Numbered from the stretch's first letter, positions 49,971 to 59,010 are shown. The stretch is 64,000 nucleotides of DNA from an uncultured Candidatus Saccharibacteria bacterium (GCA_964510435.1 CAZEBU010000001.1:234503-298502); one strand, 5' to 3'. Notes: generated from the sequence alone by a model not told the origin. Numbers and translations: made by a program.

Positions 49971-50825
49971 GTGGCTAATCCGATGCAAGACCCAGAAAAG
50001 GAGAGATTCATGACCGAACACGTTTTGGATGTTCATATCCCCAACATCACCGCATACAGTGAAGATTGGGAGGCGAACGACTGGAAAGGAATGCCCTATG
50101 CGGCATTCGAAAAACTGGCGAGGATGTTTCCTGCACCTTGTCAGGAGCTGTATGTTCTGAAGGAGGATGATAGCGGTACGATTAAGACACTACTCATCCG
50201 ACGCCCGGAGTCAGACAAGCATTATGGACTCATGTGGCACAATCCTGGAACAGCGCACCGCTCCACGGATGGTGTCACATTGACCTCGTCACAGAATGTG
50301 GAGGCTATGAGGGCACTTCCAAGGAATGTGTTGTTGGCTGAGCTAGCGAAATCCACATGTGCATTGACCCCTCGTGACAAGGGTCTTCACAGGGTTTTGA
50401 GCGGCGCTGGCATTAGGTTTAGTTCTGAGGATGCCTTTGAGGCACTTGAGAACCAGATCCAGTACGCCGGCCTGACACCATTGGAGCTCACACCTCGTGG
50501 TATCGAGAACGCAGAACTCAACGTGTTGTTCCTTTCTCCCAAGCAAGCGGACAGCATAGAAATTGAGTACAGCGTTCCTGAGGATGAGAGTGAAGAGCCT
50601 GTGCCCGTCACGGGTTGGTTTGATGTCACAGAGCTTTACGACATGGCGCAGAGGGGTGAGTTTATTCAGCATCAGGTGAATCGCTTTGCCATGATGATGG
50701 ACTCCCTTCGAGCCACGTCAGACAACGAGCACCTACCCGTTCTTCGTCGAATCGAACCCCTCAGCTTGCAGGAGCTGCTTGATCAACTTGGGATCGACGA
50801 ATCGGAATTGTCCAAGCCTGTTTAG
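49971..50825 (+). CDS. Hypothetical Nudix-like protein
   Basis: KTLLIRRP..DKHY..MWHNPGT and GWFDVTEL resemble Nudix elements, but the Nudix box is not canonical. Confidence 0.6.
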   Translation: MANPMQDPEKERFMTEHVLDVHIPNITAYSEDWEANDWKGMPYAAFEKLARMFPAPCQELYVLKEDDSGTIKTLLIRRPESDKHYGLMWHNPGTAHRSTDGVTLTSSQNVEAMRALPRNVLLAELAKSTCALTPRDKGLHRVLSGAGIRFSSEDAFEALENQIQYAGLTPLELTPRGIENAELNVLFLSPKQADSIEIEYSVPEDESEEPVPVTGWFDVTELYDMAQRGEFIQHQVNRFAMMMDSLRATSDNEHLPVLRRIEPLSLQELLDQLGIDESELSKPV

Positions 50826-50857
50826 CCACGTATTGCACGTTGCTTAGGTAAAGGGCA

Positions 50858-50900
50858 AAAGCCCCTGAAAAATACACATTTTCAGGGGCTTCTTTTTTTT
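50858..50900 (+). terminator. Large-loop terminator
   Basis: AAGCCCCTGAAAA...TTTTCAGGGGCTTCTTTTTTT. Confidence 0.8.
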
Positions 50901-50934
50901 CGAATATTTTACATTACAGTAGAAATTTGCAATA

Positions 50935-52236
50935 ATGACAGGCGCAAAACACCCTATGTTCACATTTAAAGACTTTAACGTAACTTTTGAAGAAGCAACC
51001 TTATCTAACGGTGTGCCGGTAGTATTGTTTCGAAGAAAGGGTATGCCTATTCATTTACAAATTGCTTTTGCTGCCGGCTCCCGTTTTGATCCTGTGGGTA
51101 AGGAGGGTTTGGCGCATTTTACGGAACATATGATAGTCTCTGGTTCTAAGAAATTCCCAAGCAAGATTAAAATTGCATCTCACGTTGCACAGCTCGGAGC
51201 TGCTTTTGGTGCATCAACATCTAAGGATATTCTAAAAACAAAGTTCGAGGTGGTTGGAAAAGAGGATTTTAAGGAGATCGCTATTCTAATGGAGGAATTC
51301 CTATCAAACTCTTTGTTTGATGAGAACACAATTGAACGTGAGAGGGGAGCAATAATCAGTGAGATTGGTATGCTGGAATCAAGTCCTGCAAGAAAGATAG
51401 GTATTGTAGGAAGAAATTTATACTTCCAGGGTACTAATCTTGCGCGGAATGTTTCAGGAAGTAAGGAGTCAGTAGCTAGTATTTCGAAAGATGATATTAA
51501 AAATTATTACAGCAGCATGTTGGGCTCTAGTCGAGCAGTAATAGTGTTAAGTGGCGATATAGGTATGGGCGATGTGATTGATCAATTAGAGAGTAAGTTT
51601 AAATTAAGAAAGTCGGAAAAATTTAGTTTTGGTGAAATGCTCCCCATTATACGTGAGAAAGCTACTTTAGCTTTAAAATATCCTGGTCAAAACCAAGTTA
51701 GGATAATGTTAGGATTTCGTGTATGTGGAATCAAAGACGAAGATGCACTTCCTTTGGCGGGATTAGCCTCTATTGTTGGTGGTGGTAAGACAGCTGCGTT
51801 GAATAAGAAGCTAAGGTATGAAAAGGGGTTGGTTTATTCCGTCAGTGCATCAATGTGGTCGTTTCCAGATGGAGGTGTTTGGGATATTTATACATCAACT
51901 CCAAAAGAAAAAGTACAGCAAGTTATAGACATAATCTTAGAAGAAATTAAAAGAGTTTCGTCTGGAGAGATAACAGAAGAGGAATTTGTTAAAGACAAGA
52001 AAAGAGTGTTGAAATCAACTAGAAGGAGAATGCAAACATCAAGTGCATGGGTAAGAAGACACATCATTAAGGAGCTCTACGGAGATCACACACGTTATCC
52101 TGATTTTCTAAATAAAATTGATTCACTACAGTTAGTAGACATCAAACGAGTTGGAAAAAAATACTTTAAGCCTGGAACATGGTATTTGGCCATGGCTGGC
52201 GATATTGATGAAGACAGTGTGAAGATAAATTACTAA
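50935..52236 (+). CDS. M16 (pitrilysin) family zinc peptidase
   Basis: LSNG, AGSRFDP..EGLAHFTEHM (HXXEH), ERERGAIISE, LRYEKGLVYSV. Confidence 0.93.
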   Translation: MTGAKHPMFTFKDFNVTFEEATLSNGVPVVLFRRKGMPIHLQIAFAAGSRFDPVGKEGLAHFTEHMIVSGSKKFPSKIKIASHVAQLGAAFGASTSKDILKTKFEVVGKEDFKEIAILMEEFLSNSLFDENTIERERGAIISEIGMLESSPARKIGIVGRNLYFQGTNLARNVSGSKESVASISKDDIKNYYSSMLGSSRAVIVLSGDIGMGDVIDQLESKFKLRKSEKFSFGEMLPIIREKATLALKYPGQNQVRIMLGFRVCGIKDEDALPLAGLASIVGGGKTAALNKKLRYEKGLVYSVSASMWSFPDGGVWDIYTSTPKEKVQQVIDIILEEIKRVSSGEITEEEFVKDKKRVLKSTRRRMQTSSAWVRRHIIKELYGDHTRYPDFLNKIDSLQLVDIKRVGKKYFKPGTWYLAMAGDIDEDSVKINY

Positions 52237-52332
52237 CTACCTACATGCCAAAAAAAAGAAGGATACTTCATCGTATAGATAAAGTATCCTCTTGTTGAAG
52301 TCCCGCGCTTCTTTACAACTAAAAATCGTCAG

Positions 52333-52572
52333 CTAGCTCCTGAGGCTGGCCATCTTCTCCGCAAGCTCTTTAGCAAATCTATGCCTGATGGGGCCTGTCT
52401 CCTCAGGACGACCGCTGGCAAGATGACTAAGCATAGCAACTTCCTCTGCATTTTCCTCTGACACGCCTTCGTCAACAAGTTGGCTCCTCCTGCAGGCAGG
52501 ACAGACGTCGTAAGAGGGATCAAAACCTTGCATTCCGCACATATGACCGGATAGAACTGATGAATCTGACAT
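52333..52572 (-). CDS. Small Cys-containing hypothetical protein (orphan unit)
   Basis: AAGGAG SD; HMCG...CPAC; terminator 52249-52291 ending TTCTTTTTTT. Confidence 0.65.
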   Translation of the reverse strand: MSDSSVLSGHMCGMQGFDPSYDVCPACRRSQLVDEGVSEENAEEVAMLSHLASGRPEETGPIRHRFAKELAEKMASLRS

Positions 52573-52614
52573 AATTATCTGTCTCCTTAAGTGGTGGATT
52601 TTTTAAATTATAGC

Positions 52615-52665
52615 AAAAAAAGAACCGCCGTAAAGTGTGCACGTAAGCACGAAAATACGACGGTT
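52615..52665 (-). repeat. Conserved terminator family, copy A
   Basis: + strand AAAAAAAGAACCGCCGTAAAGTGTGC...GCAC...TACGACGGT. Confidence 0.78.
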
Positions 52666-52700
52666 TAGGTTTTGGGTTGGCAACTTAGGGTAGGTTTGGT

Positions 52701-53009
52701 CTACAAGAAGTATTTGCCAGCCATTGAAAGGATCATAGCTACATAGCCAAGCAGCCATGTACCCACTATGCTCCCATCCATTGATTGACCTATTCCGCCC
52801 AAACGCTTAAGGACAACCCTTATAAAAGCAGCGCCAGTAGAAATACCCAATCCAAGTAGGAAGATCCTTTCCAAGTTCGGGTGTGGGTACCAATACGACT
52901 CCCAATATGTGGGAAAGACAAATGTAGGTACCACAAACACTATCATGACCAGCGTGATAATCAGCATTGTGACCGGATCCTGAAGCTTTTGGAACCTCGT
53001 TTGGGACAT
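52701..53009 (-). CDS. Three-TM hypothetical protein (orphan unit)
   Basis: AAGGAGAGG SD; promoter TTTACC-17-TATAAT (53047-53075) with CCTATAG 3 nt upstream of -35. Confidence 0.72.
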   Translation of the reverse strand: MSQTRFQKLQDPVTMLIITLVMIVFVVPTFVFPTYWESYWYPHPNLERIFLLGLGISTGAAFIRVVLKRLGGIGQSMDGSIVGTWLLGYVAMILSMAGKYFL

Positions 53010-53156
53010 TTTCCTCTCCTTCTTCTCTTTCTTATGGATTTGGGTAATTATACACTGTGGTTGGGATTAGGTAAAGTGCTATAGGGTGATGATGTACGAC
53101 ACGAGGTTTTTAAAGTTAACTAGATTTAAAATGTACAAAAAGTCTATACTGGATGA

Positions 53157-53702
53157 ATGGAATCTTGGATAATCACTTTTGGCTACTTTGGACTATTTGC
53201 AGCCACAATAGTAGGTAATGCATCAATTATGTTGCCAGTACCAATCGATGGTCTCGTATTAGCAGCAGCTGGTTTTCTTGACCCTCTAATAGTAACTATT
53301 GTTGCCACTATTGGCAGTTCGATAGGTGAGATGAGCGCGTATTATATAGGGCTTGGGGGGCGGTATGTGGTTACAAAAGGTAGGAGTGACGATGAAAAAA
53401 TCGACGAAAATGATATTGATGATACTAACAAAGCTAAAAAGCCTAAGGTTGACAGTGCTGTTTTAAAAAAGATTGAACGAATTTTGCATAAACATGGCTT
53501 TATAACTATTCCGGTCTTTGCATTTACACCGCTGCCAATAGATCCCTTAGGAATAGTCTGTGGCGGCATAGCCTACAACGTGAAAAAGTTTTTTCTGGGA
53601 GTCCTTATAGGTAAATTTTTTAGGATGCTGGTAATTTCACTTTCCGCGGTATACGCGATAGATTGGATTATAAGTCTGGTTAAGTGGTTTGGAATCAGTT
53701 AA
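53157..53702 (+). CDS. VTT/DedA (SNARE-associated, YqaA-like) membrane protein
   Basis: LPVP, GSSIGEMSAYYIG, FTPLPID..GI..G, GKFFR. Confidence 0.88.
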   Translation: MESWIITFGYFGLFAATIVGNASIMLPVPIDGLVLAAAGFLDPLIVTIVATIGSSIGEMSAYYIGLGGRYVVTKGRSDDEKIDENDIDDTNKAKKPKVDSAVLKKIERILHKHGFITIPVFAFTPLPIDPLGIVCGGIAYNVKKFFLGVLIGKFFRMLVISLSAVYAIDWIISLVKWFGIS

Positions 53703-53785
53703 AGATTTACATTACCCACACCCACATATATACTTGTTGGACTCTTTTTATATAACTTATTTCTAATTGAGGAGGTGGATTTTTT

Positions 53786-54190
53786 GTGGAATTTCCAAAA
53801 AACATTGAAGACTTTTTTAGTAAACCTAATTTTATGACCCTATCTGAATTCAACTTGGACGGAACTATCCATTCGACGATAGTATGGTTCGAATATGATC
53901 CTGAAAACAATGGGTTTCGTTTTAGTACAACAGGAGATAGGATCAAACACAGAAATTTGAATAAAGACCCAAGATGCACTTTTGTAATCGCGAATTTAGA
54001 AAATATGTATCAATTTGTTCAAGTTAGAGGAGAGGTAACTGACCAAACCCGTGAAGGTGGTCACGACTTTATTGACAAGTTGGCAAAACATTATATGGGA
54101 AAGGATACATATCCTTTTGACCCGGAAAGAAAAGACGATAGAGTCACTTTTACAATCACCCCCAAAAGCTTTTTCACCATGGGTTTTTAA
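53786..54190 (+). CDS. Pyridoxamine 5'-phosphate oxidase-like (PPOX class) protein
   Basis: DGTIHSTIVWF, K.RNL.KDPR, VQVRG, IDKLAKHYMGKDTYP; GGAGG SD. Confidence 0.88.
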   Translation: MEFPKNIEDFFSKPNFMTLSEFNLDGTIHSTIVWFEYDPENNGFRFSTTGDRIKHRNLNKDPRCTFVIANLENMYQFVQVRGEVTDQTREGGHDFIDKLAKHYMGKDTYPFDPERKDDRVTFTITPKSFFTMGF

Positions 54191-54248
54191 GGAGTAAAGA
54201 AAAACCCCATTCGTGGGTGAACGGGGTTTTATGTTGTGAGCACAATAG

Positions 54249-54683
54249 CTAGCCTAGATCCAGTGTGTTTATGTATTCCCTGAATACACCGAGTCTTGAG
54301 TCCTTGTGGTCAGACAGGGGTAAGAGGTTTGGATCTGGATTCCCAAGGGCAGTAAGGGTGATACCATCTTTTTCCACCTGCTCACGAGCAATGAAACTCA
54401 GTAGCTCCCTCACAATCCGAGTTGTTGGGTCACTGTAGCTTTGGATCAAGCGTAGGAAAATCCCTCTCAACCTATCGGTAGCTATGTTTTGATCTCTCAT
54501 CATGAGGGGAATCGCAATATCGCATAGGACCCTGATGATGTCACTTGTGCTGAGGAATTTTGTATCCATGGCACTGTGATGTCCTACCAAAACCTTAAGA
54601 TCCTCAACAATATCGTCAGATGTTAGATACCATCCTTTTGCGTAAAGCCAAATATGGTGCCATTTCTGTAGCTCTGTGTTCAT
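54249..54683 (-). CDS. Hypothetical protein (orphan unit)
   Basis: AAGGAGG SD before MNTELQ; start revised from 54890. Confidence 0.72.
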   Translation of the reverse strand: MNTELQKWHHIWLYAKGWYLTSDDIVEDLKVLVGHHSAMDTKFLSTSDIIRVLCDIAIPLMMRDQNIATDRLRGIFLRLIQSYSDPTTRIVRELLSFIAREQVEKDGITLTALGNPDPNLLPLSDHKDSRLGVFREYINTLDLG

Positions 54684-54732
54684 ATCCACCTCCTTGATAT
54701 CACTCCGACTCCTCTTATATGGGTTTGCTGAG

Positions 54733-54770
54733 ATACTAGCAGGGATGTGCTTGTGTGTCAAAGCTATGGG
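54733..54770 (-). promoter_or_regulatory. Promoter with CCCATAG box 2 nt upstream of -35
   Basis: minus strand CCCATAG-ct-TTGACA-17-TAGTAT. Confidence 0.72.
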
Positions 54771-54780
54771 ATTTATGTAG

Positions 54781-54832
54781 AAAAAAAGAAACCGCCATAA
54801 AGTGTGCTTGTGCACAGCCTCACGGCGGTTTT
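54781..54832 (-). repeat. Conserved terminator family, copy B
   Basis: + strand AAAAAAAGAAACCGCCATAAAGTGTGC...GCACA...ACGGCGGTT. Confidence 0.78.
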
Positions 54833-54856
54833 TGTGTTGAAAAAGGCATCCAACCC

Positions 54857-55846
54857 CTATTGGAGAGGGATTTCCTTTGTTGCGTACCAAATAGGTTCAT
54901 GTCCAGTATCGACTGTAGGGGATCCTACAATATGTACGAACTGATTTTCCCCACGAATTTCAACTTGCAGTGTTTCTGCAGTCCCTCCGCTAGTGTTCAG
55001 ATCGTCTCTAGATAAACCCAGGATTTCCAGAACACTATCCATTTGATTTGGGGAAATCGAATAATGAGCTAATTTCCCGCCGTCGCTAAATGGGGCACCC
55101 AATAGCGATACTAAGTTTTCAAACATGTTGACCTCCTTCGGTTTTATCCTCAACCACCCAACACTAGCGTGGTATGGGAGTTTGTAGTCGCTGCAGTGAT
55201 CTGGACAATCTTCCCTATCTCTGTAGCGCTTACCCATAATAGGGTAGAGTCCCCAAGGGTTACACACACATTTGCGAAGTTTCTTCTCACCACCACAGTA
55301 GTGGCAAGGATATTCGGCGAACATGTCCAAGTGATCTCCATAAGAGATACCTGAACCCCTGCAGTGTGGGCAAGGCGGTTCATCTTCTCGCCAACGTTCC
55401 AACCACCAGGGAATCCCTTTAATGCGGGTTATTAACCGCTGAGCTGGGTACCTAAAACGGCGATTGAGAAAATATCTCACCTCTCCTTTTACCTTGAACC
55501 AATCGAATCTGTATCTAAGCCTCCACCAGAAAACGGTACGGTCAATTCGCCACAATTTAAGAAGTGACATATCGCTATAACGCTCCTTTACGCTGAACTC
55601 GCCGTTTTCGTACCGTATATAACCCTGGACAGTAGTCTTTGAGCTTTGACTAATTGTCACAAAAGCTCCGGCTCGGTAAGAAACTCCGCCATCGTATCTG
55701 ATTACAAGCTCATCCTCAAGCAACTTCCTGTCTTCTGACGAAAGTCTCAGTTTGTGCAAAGTTCCATCATTGTCGATGAGCACATCTGACTCAAAGTGTA
55801 ACGTTGGACTGCCTTGCATCGGTAAAACTACCTGCACGTCGTACAT
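54857..55846 (-). CDS. Modular hypothetical protein with central CxxCxGxG zinc-finger region
   Basis: AGGAGG SD; CPHCRGSG, CHYCGGE, CVC, CPDHC; internal in-frame SD+ATG at 55570 and 55126. Confidence 0.68.
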   Translation of the reverse strand: MYDVQVVLPMQGSPTLHFESDVLIDNDGTLHKLRLSSEDRKLLEDELVIRYDGGVSYRAGAFVTISQSSKTTVQGYIRYENGEFSVKERYSDMSLLKLWRIDRTVFWWRLRYRFDWFKVKGEVRYFLNRRFRYPAQRLITRIKGIPWWLERWREDEPPCPHCRGSGISYGDHLDMFAEYPCHYCGGEKKLRKCVCNPWGLYPIMGKRYRDREDCPDHCSDYKLPYHASVGWLRIKPKEVNMFENLVSLLGAPFSDGGKLAHYSISPNQMDSVLEILGLSRDDLNTSGGTAETLQVEIRGENQFVHIVGSPTVDTGHEPIWYATKEIPLQ

Positions 55847-55954
55847 GTTTTCCTCCTGTTTATTCTATTTTTGTTTGTGGAAAGATAATAAAAGTTTAAT
55901 ACAACTTCTGATCCGACTATCTATCCACTTAAGGAATCCAGATTGTCTTAGGGG

Positions 55955-55992
55955 ATTATAACACCAGTTTAACAGCACGTCAACACTATAGG
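55955..55992 (-). promoter_or_regulatory. Promoter with CCTATAG box 2 nt upstream of -35
   Basis: minus strand CCTATAG-tg-TTGACG-17-TATAAT. Confidence 0.78.
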
Positions 55993-56016
55993 AGAGTAGC
56001 ATACCGTAATTACAAG

Positions 56017-56226
56017 CTACGAAGTATTACTGTTTTTTTCACCTTCTACTTTGCATGTATTAATACCTAGAAGATGATTAACCGGACAATATCCAACAAT
56101 TGCCGTAATCAACCCAATTACCGTTATTAAATAAAACCAAGGACTGACCGTAAAACCAAGATATGCCCCAACACCAGCAGCAAGTATCCTAATTATTTTC
56201 TCAGTTGACCCAACATTGCATTTCAT
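56017..56226 (-). CDS. DUF2892 (YgaP-like) small membrane protein
   Basis: MKCNVGSTEKIIR...GYCPVNHLLGINTC. Confidence 0.88.
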   Translation of the reverse strand: MKCNVGSTEKIIRILAAGVGAYLGFTVSPWFYLITVIGLITAIVGYCPVNHLLGINTCKVEGEKNSNTS

Positions 56227-56352
56227 ATCGCTTATTATATTCACATTTAGGCACACGTACAAGAGGTAAAGTGGTCTTGAGTAAGTTCGAAGCTAACAAA
56301 AAGACAAAAGGCGTCTGGTGTCGCTACGAAGCAAACAAAAGACGCCCAATTG

Positions 56353-57192
56353 TTAGAGATGTTCTATTGCCTTTTCAATATGCCGGTAGGTGCCCTTGAA
56401 GTTATTTTCCGTAAGGCACTCCTGCGCTCTTTTTATATGATATCGAGCCCACCGAGCATAATGAGCAAAAGGCTTGTTTTCAAGCAGGTGCTCAAGAGTT
56501 TTGTAGTGCAGACCTAGTGAATTTCCCAAACCTTTGGATGTTCCGTTGATCTTAGTCTCACCACTTACAGGCACGAAGTCTAAAAGAATTTCCAAGGCCC
56601 CTCTAACATGGCTTTGGACTTTATTTAGCCTATCCAATCTGGACTCTACCGCTTTTTCCCGACCAGCTAGATGGGTGCTGATAGCATCAATTTTTTCTAT
56701 GCGATCAAGAACCACGCCCGTCAAAGCTGTCTGCTCAACTGCCTTCAAAGGTTCCTGAGAACTTGCTTTCTCGAGCATCTTCCAAAGCCTGCTTGTCTCC
56801 CTTAAGTATTTTGGTTGAGTGTGCTCTGCAAGCTGTCTCTGCAAAGCAGAGAGATCATCAAGCTGTTGGTAGATAAGCAGTCTGAAGTCATCCTCACTTA
56901 GACGAACAATTCCCAAAGTGTATAGTTTCTCTCTCCTCAGCTTTCTAAGTTTAGAAACAGAGATTGGGTAGTTTGCCGGTAGGGGAATCCACCTGGGGTT
57001 GAGATAAGTTTTGTTTAGTCGAACTCGTGCGTGCCTTTTCTTTCCCCTCTGTTTCCAAGTAAGCCTGATCCTACCCTTAATAACAAGAAGCATCCTTGTT
57101 CCGGGAACTCTCTTCACTTCCAACGAGCCCTCTCTTATGCCCTTCCAAACTCTTTCCCACGTAAGTGACGGTGTATCTTTCCTTCGAGCCAT
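56353..57192 (-). CDS. Basic hypothetical protein with helical C-terminus (orphan unit)
   Basis: 279 aa; GGGAG/AAGGA SD; hairpin GGCGTC...GACGCC downstream. Confidence 0.7.
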   Translation of the reverse strand: MARRKDTPSLTWERVWKGIREGSLEVKRVPGTRMLLVIKGRIRLTWKQRGKKRHARVRLNKTYLNPRWIPLPANYPISVSKLRKLRREKLYTLGIVRLSEDDFRLLIYQQLDDLSALQRQLAEHTQPKYLRETSRLWKMLEKASSQEPLKAVEQTALTGVVLDRIEKIDAISTHLAGREKAVESRLDRLNKVQSHVRGALEILLDFVPVSGETKINGTSKGLGNSLGLHYKTLEHLLENKPFAHYARWARYHIKRAQECLTENNFKGTYRHIEKAIEHL

Positions 57193-57234
57193 GTCCTTTT
57201 CTCCCTACTAATATGTGTATGTAAGTTAGTATGT

Positions 57235-57272
57235 ATTATATGATGTCTTTGATTGGGAATCAAAGCTACAGG
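57235..57272 (-). promoter_or_regulatory. Promoter with CCTGTAG box 2 nt upstream of -35
   Basis: minus strand CCTGTAG-ct-TTGATT-17-TATAAT. Confidence 0.7.
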
Positions 57273-57352
57273 TTTGCTGGGGGTGGATTTTTGTGTGGAA
57301 AAAAAGAAGGACACCTTAGTATATGAATAAGGTGCCCTTATGGTAGAGCTCA

Positions 57353-57658
57353 CTAAGAAACTTGAACTACATCACCAAGAACCTGCAAATCCTCCATGAG
57401 TTCTTCGAAAGATCCCTGGTAGTGCCTCATGTTTGGTACCGTGCTTGTACCGTCTCCCCAGGGTCCTACTTGGCTGATCTCGTCAACCTGGTGTACCAAG
57501 CCGTTTTCTCCCACGTGAATAGTAAGGGGAGTTGTTTCGGCATCGTCCTCTCTAGGTAGAAGAACTGAGATAGCACTACTTCCTGAGAATCTCCTATTCG
57601 CATCAAAAGCCAAGAAACTTCTTGTTGCATAAACATTAATTGCAACCTTTGAGTTCAT
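57353..57658 (-). CDS. Hypothetical protein (orphan unit)
   Basis: AAAGGAGAGG SD before MNSKV; terminator 57299-57339 ending TTCTTTTTTT. Confidence 0.7.
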   Translation of the reverse strand: MNSKVAINVYATRSFLAFDANRRFSGSSAISVLLPREDDAETTPLTIHVGENGLVHQVDEISQVGPWGDGTSTVPNMRHYQGSFEELMEDLQVLGDVVQVS

Positions 57659-57695
57659 AACCTCTCCTTTTATATTTTGTTTAAGGCTGTTGGTT

Positions 57696-57735
57696 ATTTT
57701 AAGTGAAAATACTATAGATGTCAATCCTATAGGAT
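57696..57735 (-). promoter_or_regulatory. Promoter with palindromic ATCCTATAGGAT at -35
   Basis: minus strand CCTATAG-ga-TTGACA-17-TAAAAT; extra CTATAG in spacer. Confidence 0.78.
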
Positions 57736-57871
57736 AGTGGCTTTCTACAAAGAACTTTACCCGAAGTTTATTATTTCACTTATTTAAAAGCACTCTCTAT
57801 GTAATATTTATTCTATTTGGTAAAATACCCTGATGTATTAATTTTTGGTGCTTTACTAGGAGGTGTCGCAT

Positions 57872-58111
57872 ATGAAAACAATGACATGCAATCAGCTAGG
57901 TGGTGCTTGTGATCATAAAATTATAGGCGAAACATTTGACGAAATGGCTAAAAAAGCCCAAGAACATGGTATGGAAATGGCTGCCAATGGAGATGAAGCT
58001 CATATAAAGGTTATGGAAGCTATGAAAGAAAGTATGAATGATCCGGAAGCAATGAAGGAATGGGTGGAACAAAGGAAAAAAGAGTTTGACGCTTTACCGG
58101 AAGATGAATAG
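57872..58111 (+). CDS. DUF1059 family small metal-binding protein
   Basis: MKTMTCNQLGGACD...HG; AGGAGG SD. Confidence 0.85.
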   Translation: MKTMTCNQLGGACDHKIIGETFDEMAKKAQEHGMEMAANGDEAHIKVMEAMKESMNDPEAMKEWVEQRKKEFDALPEDE

Positions 58112-58128
58112 ATAGGTTTATTGGCTTT

Positions 58129-58384
58129 TCATTCTAACCTAAAAGAAATTGTTATGCTATCGCCAATAGAGATGTTTTCCTTAAAGAAAGTTACCACCTT
58201 TTTTAATCATAAGCTTGGTTTTCCAAGAAGTTTTTCCAACATTCGCTGTTATAGGATATCTTCCCCAGGTTTTTCTGTCTATTTTTAAACTTTCACTGTA
58301 TTTTCCAGGTACGCTAACATAAAACCAACCGCTTTCTCCTGGAAATTTCTCCACGGTACCTTCAAATGAAATGTCCCAACTCAC
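58129..58384 (-). pseudogene. DUF1905 family, frameshifted by a small deletion
   Basis: GWFYVSVP..G..PITANVG.TSWKT.L; stops at GNFL* while KENISIGDSITISFRLE* continues in another frame. Confidence 0.75.
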
Positions 58385-58455
58385 TACACAATTCTATCAA
58401 AGCTGGCTCTACATAGCTGAGGATGTTCGAACTAGTTTTAATCCCCGGATCCCAT

Positions 58456-58584
58456 CTAACTAATGCTGATATCTAAAAGCTTTTGCTTAATTAGCTTATC
58501 CTGAACCTGAAAGTCGGGTGCAAAAGATACTTTTATGGCTGGAAGTAGTTCTTTTTGTTCTTTAGTTAGTATGTTTGGATGCAT
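58456..58584 (-). pseudogene. AbiEii-like nucleotidyltransferase remnant (N- and C-termini fused)
   Basis: Hand translation MHPNILTKEQKELLPAIK-VSFAPDFQVQDKLIKQKLLDISIS*; overlaps end of DUF6922-like gene; GGTA/SxDxD core absent. Confidence 0.65.
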
Positions 58585-58843
58585 TTGCATTCGAGAAGTA
58601 TAAATCAAAATAATATTTTGCTCTTGGTCTGATGTTGACTCTTGAATTGTTTGTTAATGATTCATAGAGTTCCTTTGTTTTGCCAAAGCCTAATTCACTA
58701 ATAGTTTCCTGCACCTGTTTCCAAGTACCGTAGTTTAGAACGTGTTCCAAAATGCTTCTGTTACTTAAGTTAGCATTGTTTTTTGTATACCAAACAAGGG
58801 AAGGGTCTTGGCGAATAATTTTACTTAGGTTTGGGTTGCTCAT
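58562..58843 (-). CDS. DUF6922-like putative antitoxin partner of AbiEii
   Basis: LVWY...LS..SILEHVLNYGTW...YFDLYF. Confidence 0.72.
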   Translation of the reverse strand: MSNPNLSKIIRQDPSLVWYTKNNANLSNRSILEHVLNYGTWKQVQETISELGFGKTKELYESLTNNSRVNIRPRAKYYFDLYFSNANASKHTN

Positions 58844-58876
58844 GCATCCATTATGTCACCTGTGTTAGTAGTAAAT

Positions 58877-58885
58877 TGGCTCCCC
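58877..58885 (-). mobile_element. att-like core (tRNA 3' end GGGGAGCCA), copy 1
   Basis: TGGCTCCCC on +, identical to 60040-60048. Confidence 0.4.
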
Positions 58886-58947
58886 CTCAACAGTGTTTCT
58901 ATGCACCGAGGGTGAATACTAGCACAGCTTACTTGAACTATTAAAGA

Positions 58948-59010
58948 GTGGATTTTTGTGTAGAAAAAAGAACCGCCATAAAGTGTGCATGTGAGCAAAA
59001 TTATGGCGGT
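58948..59010 (-). repeat. Conserved terminator family, copy C
   Basis: + strand GTGGATTTTTGTGTAGAAAAAAGAACCGCCATAAAGTGTGC...TTATGGCGGT. Confidence 0.78.

Noticed and set aside
54684-54890. N-terminal extension of ORF 54249-54890
   Set aside because: Runs through a terminator and promoter; the real start has an SD at 54683.
52593-59010. CRISPR array
   Set aside because: Repeats are kilobases apart, separated by whole genes, and no cas genes are present.
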